From Thermoplasmatota archaeon (lineage in GTDB: Archaea; Thermoplasmatota; Poseidoniia; Poseidoniales; Thalassarchaeaceae), in the NCBI GenBank assembly GCA_030828405.1, contig JAURCP010000006.1, forward strand, positions 12,015-76,014: 64,000 bases of DNA, given 5' to 3'. The position numbers and the translations under genes are program-made. Below are positions 1 to 8,076 of this stretch, in pieces; position 1 is the first letter of the stretch, and each line of letters opens with the position of its first letter. The notes beneath the pieces were generated by a model. That model did not search any database, was not told the origin of the DNA, and was given only the letters and a program-made list of their open reading frames with translations.

Positions 1-1
1 T

Positions 2-277
2 GGTAAAGGTGCAGAGTTTACCGATCCAATGACTGGAGAAACTATTGATTTATCTAAAGCAGCAACGTCTAGTGAAACTTCATCTCTAAGGCATCTGAAT
101 GAAGTTGTTCCCGAAACAGTTGCCCAAGGTACACTTTGGGTCGGCGACTACCTATGTCCAAAATGTGATGCAGATAGAATATTTGTTGTACTAATGCAGA
201 CTAGATCTTCTGATGAACCGGAAACAAAAATCTGTACTTGCGAAAGTTGCGGATACAAGTTCAGAGAGTATCAATAA
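2..277 (+). CDS. tfs: Transcription factor S / RNA polymerase subunit M (TFIIS-type C-terminal zinc ribbon); 5' truncated by window edge
   Basis: The reading frame is open to position 1. The C-terminal CPKCx(n)QTRSSDEPxTKICTCESCGYKF matches the TFIIS-type Zn-ribbon with the acidic DE hairpin. Confidence 0.7.
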   Translation, partial: GKGAEFTDPMTGETIDLSKAATSSETSSLRHLNEVVPETVAQGTLWVGDYLCPKCDADRIFVVLMQTRSSDEPETKICTCESCGYKFREYQ

Positions 278-373
278 TATACAATTTTTCAGACTTTTTG
301 AGTAATAATGCCTAATCGCTGAAACATAAGCATGAATAACCCGCAGTCAAGGGTAGGTTAAGAAAGGGGTGGC

Positions 374-1126
374 ATGATGTTGAGAGTCACAGCAAATACG
401 CAATTAATGAGAGAAATAGTAGATCTACTTTCTGTGTTAACAGAAGAAGCAAAATTAGTATGGAAAGAAAATGGATTGCAAATAAATGTAGTTGATGGGT
501 CGCATGTTGCTTTACTATCAGCAACCATAGGTGATGCATGTTTTGAGACATATGAAGTTGAACCAGTAGAAATTGGACTTGAACTTATAAAATTGAGAGA
601 CCTATTGAGCCTTGCAGGACCATCTGATTTAGTAGAATTAGATTATGATGAAGCAATAGGAGCCATTAATGTCAGAGTTGGTGCAGTACACCGAATACTT
701 AGAGGATTAGATACATCGACAATGAATGAACCAAAAATGCCACAATTGTCATTTGATAGCAGAGCGACAATAGATGCTTCCAAGCTCTCGAATGCTATCA
801 GAGCAGCAAAGTTAGTTGGAGAATTAGTTGACCTAAGTCTAGATTCAAATCAGATGAGTGTTTCAGTATCAAATGAAGCAGGAGAATCAGTAAACGTTAG
901 ATTCGATGCAGGAGAACTTAGCGAGTTAGTGGCGCCAAACCCTACGCAATCAACATATTCATTACAGTTCTTAGATCCTCTATCAAAAAAATTAGCAAGT
1001 GGATTAACTGATTCAATTACTTTAGAATTTCAAGATAAATACCCTTTAAGACTTACATGGAATAGTAATGATGGCGGGGCTAGTTGGATATATTTCCTAG
1101 CTCCAAGAGTTACTAATGATCCATGA
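374..1126 (+). CDS. pcn: DNA polymerase sliding clamp PCNA
   Basis: 250 aa with two-domain PCNA-like architecture, in an archaeal context, immediately downstream of tfs. Confidence 0.75.
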   Translation: MMLRVTANTQLMREIVDLLSVLTEEAKLVWKENGLQINVVDGSHVALLSATIGDACFETYEVEPVEIGLELIKLRDLLSLAGPSDLVELDYDEAIGAINVRVGAVHRILRGLDTSTMNEPKMPQLSFDSRATIDASKLSNAIRAAKLVGELVDLSLDSNQMSVSVSNEAGESVNVRFDAGELSELVAPNPTQSTYSLQFLDPLSKKLASGLTDSITLEFQDKYPLRLTWNSNDGGASWIYFLAPRVTNDP

Positions 1127-1170
1127 TTAATCATCGATGTTATTGAAAGTGTAGGCGCTTACGGTAAGCC

Positions 1171-2259
1171 GTGAGTGAACCTTCAGTTACTGTCATTATT
1201 CCCAGTGTTAGGAATCATGAGGAGTTAGATATTGTACTAAAAGGTCTGAAAAAACAGACTTATAGTGGACAAATCGAAACAGTAGTTGTTGGTCCTACAA
1301 ATGATCCAGGAAAGGACATCAGTCTAGAGAACAATATTCGATTTATTGATGACGAAGGTTCGAGAACTAGAGCTGATGCATGTAACATAGCAATAAAATC
1401 TACAAGTTCGGAACTGATACTATTCACTGATGACGATGTTATTGTTCCAAAAGATTGGGTTAAGAAATTAGTTTCATGGTTTGAAGATGAGGAAGTGAGT
1501 GGAGTTGGAGGACCTAATTTTGCTCCAGTTGATGAATCCACAATGTGGCAGCAAGTAATTGATGTTGCATTCTGTAGTACAATATTTACTGCTGGAACTA
1601 ATTATGGTAAAGTAGGTAAGAAAGACCTAGATGAAGTCAATCAACTTCCTGGAGTTAATTGTGCTTACAGGCGCTCTGTTCTAGAAGAAGTAAATGGATT
1701 TGATGAAGGCGCTATTGGAGCGGAAGATGTTATGCTTGATCATAGAATCAGGATGACTGGAAAGAAACTATGGACAGATAGAACAGCCATTATGTGGCAT
1801 AGAAGAAGAGACCTTTCAAGAGTTAAGAAACAAATTAGGAACTATGGACTTGTGAGAACTTTAGCCAGTCATCAATACCCTGAACTAAGAGCACCTACAC
1901 ATACTGCAGTTGCATTTTTCCCCCCAATAGTAATAGCGGCATTTGGATTCTTTTTTTGGGGCCTAGCAAATGGGGGATTGGCATGGCCTGATTTCTGGGA
2001 TATTCGATTATCTACAGTACCTATGGGCCTACCTAGATTAGGAGTTCATACATTACCAACACTAATTCTATTGTATAATATATTAGCATGGTATGGATCT
2101 TGGAAAGGCAATTCCCCCAGTAAATCAAAGAAGACCATCTTTCTTTCTTCAATAGCAACTTACACTTTACATTGGAACTATGGAATGGGAGTATTAACCG
2201 GTTGGATTAGAATCTTAAGAGGGAATTCGGGACTTCAGATTGATGATAGGAATAGATAA
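1171..2259 (+). CDS. Family 2 glycosyltransferase (GT-A) with C-terminal transmembrane region
   Basis: N-terminal VIIPSVRN...FTDDDVI (DxD) GT2 signature, and hydrophobic C-terminal helices. Confidence 0.65.
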   Translation: MSEPSVTVIIPSVRNHEELDIVLKGLKKQTYSGQIETVVVGPTNDPGKDISLENNIRFIDDEGSRTRADACNIAIKSTSSELILFTDDDVIVPKDWVKKLVSWFEDEEVSGVGGPNFAPVDESTMWQQVIDVAFCSTIFTAGTNYGKVGKKDLDEVNQLPGVNCAYRRSVLEEVNGFDEGAIGAEDVMLDHRIRMTGKKLWTDRTAIMWHRRRDLSRVKKQIRNYGLVRTLASHQYPELRAPTHTAVAFFPPIVIAAFGFFFWGLANGGLAWPDFWDIRLSTVPMGLPRLGVHTLPTLILLYNILAWYGSWKGNSPSKSKKTIFLSSIATYTLHWNYGMGVLTGWIRILRGNSGLQIDDRNR

Positions 2260-2307
2260 TTTATATTATTGATTTTTCAAAAATCAAGTTATTGATATAA
2301 CCAGAAC

Positions 2308-3468
2308 GTGATTCTGAAGTGTATGCATCCGGAACAACTACGCAGGGTTATACTAAGGATTGTAACATCTCTTATGAATCTCATAATTGGCCCTTCAGGT
2401 GCTTGGTATGCTCTTGGATTAGAAGGTCTGTGCTTGTACATTATCGTTAATGTATTTACTAAATCTGTAGTTGCAGAGATTTCGGCTCTAAACGAAAAGA
2501 TATCTAGATTGGGATATAGAATATCTCCTATCTTTCTGATTTCTGCAGGTTTCTTGCCACTTATCTCATCCAACTGGTATACTTTTGTGATTCTTATACC
2601 TATTCTATTGGCAACATATGTGGGATTATTTTGGACAGGCTTTCATGGAATTAGAAAACTAAGAACTTTAAAAACTGAAAGAGAATCAGTAAGATCCTTT
2701 CAACATTATGAAATTGTAAGTACTTTATTGGCTGCTTTTTTAGTTTTATTTCTTAAACAAGTTGAGATGGTAAGTTATGCTGGATATATAGGCTCGATTC
2801 TAGCTTTCATTGCATTGGTAATTCCAATGAAAATAGGTGAAGGGACAATCAGAATATCAAGTGGCGATATGTTAAATCAAGAAGTAATACTTGCAAGATT
2901 AACCACAGGTTCTTTCGGAATCATTGGTTTTTCGACAGTTTGGTGTATGAGGATAATTGCTTTGGAATACGCAGGAATTTCAGGGATTGCGGGGATGGTG
3001 GCTCTTTCCAGTTTAGGAGGACATATTATATCTAATTTGAATGATAAAAAACTGAGGCCAGAATCGGCTGATAATAAAAACTGGATATGGGGGACTAACA
3101 TAGTAATAACTGGTATTCTTATTATGATTGGAAGTTTAATTTTAAGGCTTGAAGAATTTTTCCTAACTGGTTATCTGATTACAAGAGGGGGCACGTCTGG
3201 TATTTTACATCCTTTAGAAGTAAGAATTTCTGGAGAATTATTAATCGGAGATGGAGGTGAAATTGGGCTAAGAGAGAGAATAAAATTCAGAACACAAACA
3301 AAAATTATGTTTTTTTATATTATCTGCAATTATATGTTGTACAATATAATTGGAGAAATTAATCTTATTTTATTAGTCTTATTGCCTTTGATAACATCAT
3401 TATATTGTTGTAAGTTAAATTTGGAGATTATTGATTACTTAAAGACTCACCAACGGGTGCAAGGTTGA
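2308..3468 (+). CDS. Polytopic integral membrane protein (hypothetical)
   Basis: 386 aa with many predicted TM helices. No recognisable catalytic motif. Confidence 0.5.
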   Translation: MILKCMHPEQLRRVILRIVTSLMNLIIGPSGAWYALGLEGLCLYIIVNVFTKSVVAEISALNEKISRLGYRISPIFLISAGFLPLISSNWYTFVILIPILLATYVGLFWTGFHGIRKLRTLKTERESVRSFQHYEIVSTLLAAFLVLFLKQVEMVSYAGYIGSILAFIALVIPMKIGEGTIRISSGDMLNQEVILARLTTGSFGIIGFSTVWCMRIIALEYAGISGIAGMVALSSLGGHIISNLNDKKLRPESADNKNWIWGTNIVITGILIMIGSLILRLEEFFLTGYLITRGGTSGILHPLEVRISGELLIGDGGEIGLRERIKFRTQTKIMFFYIICNYMLYNIIGEINLILLVLLPLITSLYCCKLNLEIIDYLKTHQRVQG

Positions 3469-5251
3469 GTTTAGATTTAGATAATTCCAATTTAATTTTA
3501 TTTTTTCTAGAATAAAGAAATAAACTCTGAGATTTAGGTTTATTTAATCCAGTAAATTCGCCAAACATTTCTCCTACTAGATGTAACTTAATTTTGTTAT
3601 TCTTACCCAATTCTTCAATATCTAAAATCCAACTAAATATCAAACTTCGAAAAATATTATCGTTACTTTTTGGATTCTCAAGAGCGGTATCTATCGAGAG
3701 TTCGGCTCTTAAAAGAAAATTATCAATCTCTGATAGGAATATTTTCATTTCTCCTAAAATTTCTTTAGATAATTCGTTTTCTAATTCAGAGCGATCTTCT
3801 GTCCAGATACTAGATCTGAATGTTGTATTCTGATAATTTTCTTTCCAGTTCTTATTTGTTATCCTTGAATCACTTAAGAATGAATTAATCTTCATGAAAA
3901 GTTGTGCTATTATTACTGATATATTGATTATTCCTGTGTAATTATTCTTACTTTCTTGAATATTTAACGCTGATTTAGCGAATCTTATTTCTTTTAATAC
4001 ACTCTCAATTATACTGCTAGTTTCATTTCGAACTATAGATTCCCTGAAACCTGAATCTTTAGGAGATGAACGATTGAAATCCAATCTGACAACTTTCATT
4101 GTTGTAGTTTTACAATAGAAATTTGTAAGATTCTTTGCTTCTGAACCAATGGTTGTAGATAAAAACGATTTAATAATCAGCCTCTTTTCTTCTTTTTTAT
4201 CTGTTTTTATCCTGTTTGAGGGGTTATTTTGATGTTCCAATAACACATCGAGACAATTCAGAATATATCCAGATTTCTTTTCTGATGACTCAAGATTTTT
4301 TCTTTCTTTCATTTCCATGTTTTCAAAATATTTATTTAAATCAGGATTTAGTGTCTTTCTAAAATCCCTAATTTTCTCTTCTATTTCATGTACTGGTTGA
4401 AGCCTAATTTTCTTATTTTTCCTCAATACCCATAATGACCACCAATAGTAGGCCTTGGCCCATACAGAATCATCTTCACGACATAATTCATCCATTTTTT
4501 TAATATAAGAAAATATATTCTTATAATCAGTTTCCCAATTATTACCAGATGGAATTAACCTTCTATTATTAGTCAAGTGGTATTGCATTAAAATTAACAT
4601 ATCAAGATGCTCAGTTTTTGTAGCACTATTATTGCGTATAGCTTTAAACCCATTTTTACTTTTCAAATTATCAAACTTAAACCAAGCAGCATCTAAAATT
4701 TTGTCAATTAATTCAAGAACTTCGGGGTTCTCAGAAAAACCCACACGAATTCTTCTGACCTGTTGTATTTTCGCTACAATCAGATATGTTGCGCAAATAT
4801 CTTTTGTTTCAACACCGTGTAATTTTTGTGTAATTTTCGATCTGAAATAATAACTATTGATTAAATCCTGTAAAGAATCTCTAGTGTAAGGATCATCTAT
4901 TTGCTGAAACCATTCATTCAAACATGGCCTTAATAATTTGTAACTACCCTCTGGATGGATTAAGTTATGTGATTGACCTATTAATCCCGATATATCACGT
5001 CTATTCCTTGAAGTGAAATTTATTATCAGCATTGAATCCTCAACACCGAAGTAATCTACCATGATTTTAAAGCTCTCTAAGGCTGATAATTTTGTTTTAG
5101 GTTCAGTGGTTAAATCTGAAAATGATTTATTATATTGCTCTGCAGCCTTAGCCCAATAAAGAATTAAATCTTTACTAAATTTATCTCTTTTCTCATTGTT
5201 AGAATAATGGAGATTACAGAAATCTTCACAACTTAACCTCTTGGACACCAT
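3428..5251 (-). CDS. Large hypothetical protein (607 aa, Lys/Asn-rich), flanks the accessory island
   Basis: Long intact ORF with very AT-rich codon usage and no motif I recognise. Confidence 0.5.
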   Translation of the reverse strand: MVSKRLSCEDFCNLHYSNNEKRDKFSKDLILYWAKAAEQYNKSFSDLTTEPKTKLSALESFKIMVDYFGVEDSMLIINFTSRNRRDISGLIGQSHNLIHPEGSYKLLRPCLNEWFQQIDDPYTRDSLQDLINSYYFRSKITQKLHGVETKDICATYLIVAKIQQVRRIRVGFSENPEVLELIDKILDAAWFKFDNLKSKNGFKAIRNNSATKTEHLDMLILMQYHLTNNRRLIPSGNNWETDYKNIFSYIKKMDELCREDDSVWAKAYYWWSLWVLRKNKKIRLQPVHEIEEKIRDFRKTLNPDLNKYFENMEMKERKNLESSEKKSGYILNCLDVLLEHQNNPSNRIKTDKKEEKRLIIKSFLSTTIGSEAKNLTNFYCKTTTMKVVRLDFNRSSPKDSGFRESIVRNETSSIIESVLKEIRFAKSALNIQESKNNYTGIINISVIIAQLFMKINSFLSDSRITNKNWKENYQNTTFRSSIWTEDRSELENELSKEILGEMKIFLSEIDNFLLRAELSIDTALENPKSNDNIFRSLIFSWILDIEELGKNNKIKLHLVGEMFGEFTGLNKPKSQSLFLYSRKNKIKLELSKSKLNLAPVGESLSNQ

Positions 5252-5584
5252 AGCTGTACGTAATAATTAATACTTATAAATGTTAATATTTATCACCTCA
5301 AATTGAATAAAAATATAAAAAAGATTAATAATAAATAGTTATTTTTAGGCGATAAATATGCCATTTGAGAAATAATTGTTTAAAGTTGTTTTTATAAAAT
5401 TGAATAATATAAAAAATCATTGGGCATATATAGGGCCGTACCGTATTATAGTATGTAGTGCACCCCGGCATTCGTTTCACAAAAATGTGGGGGGAAGGGC
5501 AGAAACTGCTTCACCACTCCCATGAGTGGAGATGGAGTAGTTTATGACGCCAAATTGGTGAAAGAAAAAGGATAACGTAAAACT

Positions 5585-5614
5585 CTAGAGGGTGTAAGAA
5601 ATGACCACCTCTAG
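5585..5614 (+). promoter_or_regulatory. Imperfect hairpin (ctagaggg-tg ... cacctctag) upstream of first small-peptide gene
   Basis: Inverted repeat read directly from the sequence, about 45 nt upstream of an AAGGAG Shine-Dalgarno. Confidence 0.4.
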
Positions 5615-5659
5615 TTTCAATATGAATAATAAATTATAAAAAAAAAGGAGATAATGAAT

Positions 5660-5746
5660 ATGGGATTTCTAAAATGGCTTTTACTCGGATCAGGTGCTGC
5701 TTACTTTGAACACACAGTAAGCGGTGACGATGACGATGATTGTTAA
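5660..5746 (+). CDS. Small hydrophobic peptide 1 (28 aa, MGFLKWLLLGSGAAYFEHTVSGDDDDDC)
   Basis: AAGGAG SD sits 9 nt upstream of the ATG. N-terminal MGF/LL motif is shared with two downstream paralogs. Below the 60-aa track threshold. Confidence 0.5.
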   Translation: MGFLKWLLLGSGAAYFEHTVSGDDDDDC

Positions 5747-5799
5747 CGTAAAAATAAATAAAAAATGACTTTCTAAATGAATAGGAATTTAGAGTTCGC

Positions 5800-5816
5800 A
5801 TCTCGGACACAGAGAT
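5800..5816 (+). promoter_or_regulatory. Conserved hairpin atctc-ggacaca-gagat upstream of peptide 2
   Basis: 5-bp stem with a 7-nt loop. The paralogous copy upstream of peptide 3 (gcctc-gggtaca-gaggc) keeps pairing through compensatory changes. Confidence 0.45.
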
Positions 5817-5840
5817 AAAAATACAAGGAGTGTGATAAAA

Positions 5841-5963
5841 ATGGGTTTGTTTAGAGCATTGTTCTGGACGGGAGCTACAATAGCGACTGGAGGATTGGCG
5901 CTTGCTTTGCTTCCAAACGACTGGGACGGTATAGACGGATATGACGGTGGCTGTGACGAATAA
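5841..5963 (+). CDS. Small hydrophobic peptide 2 (40 aa, MGLFRALFWTGATIATGGLALALLPNDWDGIDGYDGGCDE)
   Basis: ACAAGGAGTGTGATA SD context nearly identical to peptide 3. TM-like N-terminus, acidic C-terminus with Cys. Confidence 0.55.
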   Translation: MGLFRALFWTGATIATGGLALALLPNDWDGIDGYDGGCDE

Positions 5964-6026
5964 TCGCCACATACACTGTTTCGCAAATGCGATGACTTGC
6001 AGGATGAATATGGATCTTGCCCCCGT

Positions 6027-6043
6027 GCCTCGGGTACAGAGGC
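6027..6043 (+). promoter_or_regulatory. Conserved hairpin gcctc-gggtaca-gaggc upstream of peptide 3
   Basis: Same position and shape as the 5800-5816 hairpin, with compensatory base changes. Confidence 0.45.
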
Positions 6044-6069
6044 GACACAAACAAGGAGCGTGATATGTT

Positions 6070-6186
6070 ATGGGATTGCTAAAAGCAATCGTAGGCGGAA
6101 CTGTTGGTTTGGTCGTGGGCACAATGACTTGTGCACCAATCACTGGAATGATTGGTGGTGCATTTGTAGCTCAAGACTGGGAATAG
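6070..6186 (+). CDS. Small hydrophobic peptide 3 (38 aa, MGLLKAIVGGTVGLVVGTMTCAPITGMIGGAFVAQDWE)
   Basis: ACAAGGAGCGTGATA SD 11 nt upstream. Gly-rich TM helix, acidic C-terminus. Confidence 0.55.
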   Translation: MGLLKAIVGGTVGLVVGTMTCAPITGMIGGAFVAQDWE

Positions 6187-6281
6187 TTCAATGATTACAT
6201 GTGTAAATGTTGGCATGATAATGACATTTGAGAAGGTGCAAGACCTGGAAAAAAATATGAAGAAGGAAAGGAGGTAACGTA

Positions 6282-6491
6282 ATGGGAAACATAACGACAA
6301 AAGTCGAAATTGCTGACCATACGGGGCACACCACCGCTTTATTGACTCAGAGAGAGACTGTTGATCTCGTATCTGACAATGAGCGTTGGGTTTTCGCTGG
6401 AGGACAAATGATTGAGCCAGAAGAATTGGCTGAAGCAGATTGGTCTACAGTTGGAACCGTGAGAGTGATGCCGCGTATTGTGTTCGGTTGA
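6282..6491 (+). CDS. 69-aa protein, possible ThiS/MoaD-like beta-grasp (ends ...MPRIVFG)
   Basis: AGGAGGT SD. Length and the C-terminal pattern (hydrophobic-x-hydrophobic-FG) resemble sulfur-carrier/Ubl proteins. Higher GC than surrounding genes. Confidence 0.45.
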   Translation: MGNITTKVEIADHTGHTTALLTQRETVDLVSDNERWVFAGGQMIEPEELAEADWSTVGTVRVMPRIVFG

Positions 6492-6583
6492 TTGGCTGAT
6501 TATTTGCTCGAAAGAGCCCGGATTAACGTAAGTCAAGATAGGGTATACTCTATGTTGATGCAAAATAAAAAGGAGAAAATAAA

Positions 6584-7087
6584 ATGGAAACAAAACAAAT
6601 AAATAATGAAAAAATAATAGAAAATGAAATAGATTGGAAACAACACATACGAGATGTGCATAATGATATGGCAGATGATATAGAATATCTCTTCCCTAAC
6701 AATTCCACTGAAGCCTTTATGACAGCAATATGGAAAATGTCTGTTGACTTATTAGAAAGGATAGAAGTGATGGTCATCGTCGATAATAAAGATGATTTGT
6801 ATATCAGTAGCGGCACACCATCGTTAGTCTCGTTCAAAGATCATGAGGATGAATTAAAAATTGGAGATAAAATGAAGTTGCCACTGAAATGTTGCATCCA
6901 TACACACCCTTCAGGTAAAGCATACTTTAGCGATACTGATTGGAATACAATTAACACATGGAAGAGCGATATTGAATCATGCATTGTACTAGGTAAAAAT
7001 GAATATTTAGCATATAATCCTAAATCTAAATTAGCTAAAATGGTTCACTATGGGCTTCTTGAGAACAATTTGAGAGGTGAGCAATAA
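6584..7087 (+). CDS. JAB/JAMM (MPN+) metallopeptidase domain protein
   Basis: Canonical JAMM motif HTHPSGKAYFSDTD (HxHx7Sx2D). AAAGGAG SD. First gene of the coupled operon. Confidence 0.75.
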   Translation: METKQINNEKIIENEIDWKQHIRDVHNDMADDIEYLFPNNSTEAFMTAIWKMSVDLLERIEVMVIVDNKDDLYISSGTPSLVSFKDHEDELKIGDKMKLPLKCCIHTHPSGKAYFSDTDWNTINTWKSDIESCIVLGKNEYLAYNPKSKLAKMVHYGLLENNLRGEQ

Positions 7088-7311
7088 TGATTGAGGATTT
7101 AGTTATGAAAGATGATATTAGAATGATTATTGAATTAATAGAAGATAAGGGGTATGATTTAGATGAGGAAACAATTTCCTCATTAACAAAATATATTGAA
7201 ACAAATTTATCTTCATTGTGCAGAATCAATGAAATTTTAACTGGTATTACTGCTTACAAGAATCTTATCAAACAGGAAGAAGAAAAAATCGAAAGTTTAG
7301 GTGGTGTTTAA
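7087..7311 (+). CDS. 74-aa protein ending in LGGV; candidate conjugation tag or adaptor
   Basis: Start overlaps the JAB stop (TAATG). C-terminal diglycine followed by one residue. Predicted largely helical, so the fold is uncertain. Confidence 0.5.
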   Translation: MIEDLVMKDDIRMIIELIEDKGYDLDEETISSLTKYIETNLSSLCRINEILTGITAYKNLIKQEEEKIESLGGV

Positions 7312-8076
7312 ATGGATATTAACGAAGAAGAATATACGCCAGAGAGAAAGAATGGAATTTTCAGATTTAGTATTCCTAATTTAGATGCACACAATAAATC
7401 ACTTGAATGGATTGAGTCTGAGAGGAAAAGAATGGGGGCGGAAATTGATTGTATGTTAGAGGATGGATACGACTCAAGTAGGAAATGTCATATTTATGTC
7501 AATGGGAGAGAGTCTGGAATTAATTATAGATTGACATTATCTTTTGAATCTAAAATTGCAAATCTATTATCTAAAAGAATTAATGAAGTTGAATTGAGTG
7601 ATAGAAATCTAAAATCAATTTTATTCACATTTCAAAAATTGATTCATTTCGAAACACATTGGTATGATCATTCGGAAGGGCGCTGGCAGCATATTTGCTT
7701 AGATGTGAAACCTTCTGTTAATCATCCATTTTGGCCAGGAGACCATATTGTTTCTGTAATGAATTGTTTGTCTGAAGACATGACTTCAGTACTTGATAGA
7801 GATATGAAAACTTTAAGAAAAGCAATGACTAAAGCACTTGTAGTCAGTTGGTTCCAAGGCGATAATTCAGATATTATGGGATTTAATAAGGTAAGTCAAT
7901 ATGTAGAGTGGTTAATTCAATTAGAAGAAACAGATAGTGAATTTTCATTTGCAAATAAGAGAGATTTGATTTTAAAAAATATAAAAAATGATTGGGGATA
8001 TTGGGTAGAATCACAAAAAACAAAGCAAATGAAGTTATATGAAAACGTGTTTTCTAGTTTGGAGGAATATCAATGA
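7312..8076 (+). CDS. E2 (UBC)-like protein
   Basis: NHPFWPGDHIVSVMNCL resembles the UBC HPN...C(L) active-site region. It starts immediately after the stop of the upstream gene, and GGTGGTG acts as an SD. Confidence 0.45.
   Translation: MDINEEEYTPERKNGIFRFSIPNLDAHNKSLEWIESERKRMGAEIDCMLEDGYDSSRKCHIYVNGRESGINYRLTLSFESKIANLLSKRINEVELSDRNLKSILFTFQKLIHFETHWYDHSEGRWQHICLDVKPSVNHPFWPGDHIVSVMNCLSEDMTSVLDRDMKTLRKAMTKALVVSWFQGDNSDIMGFNKVSQYVEWLIQLEETDSEFSFANKRDLILKNIKNDWGYWVESQKTKQMKLYENVFSSLEEYQ

Noticed and set aside
1260-1541. Antisense ORFs inside well-supported genes (e.g. 1260-1541, 10291-10482, 19367-19747, 29537-29860, 54552-55040)
   Set aside because: They are fully embedded antisense to high-confidence CDSs (GT2, ABC, AccC, FBA, DnaK) and have low-complexity translations. 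They are typical shadow ORFs.
5440-5475. Possible attachment-site copy of tRNA-Gly 3' end (tagtgcaccccggcattcg vs tggtgcgcccgccgggatttg)
   Set aside because: It matches only about 60% with indels, and no integrase is nearby. It is not convincing as an att site.
5634-6300. Track ORFs 5634-6143(-), 5789-5986(-), 5997-6194(+), 6079-6300(-)
   Set aside because: They criss-cross the same 600 nt and have Cys/Arg-rich, non-protein-like translations. The three SD-preceded, mutually paralogous small peptide genes on the plus strand explain the region better.
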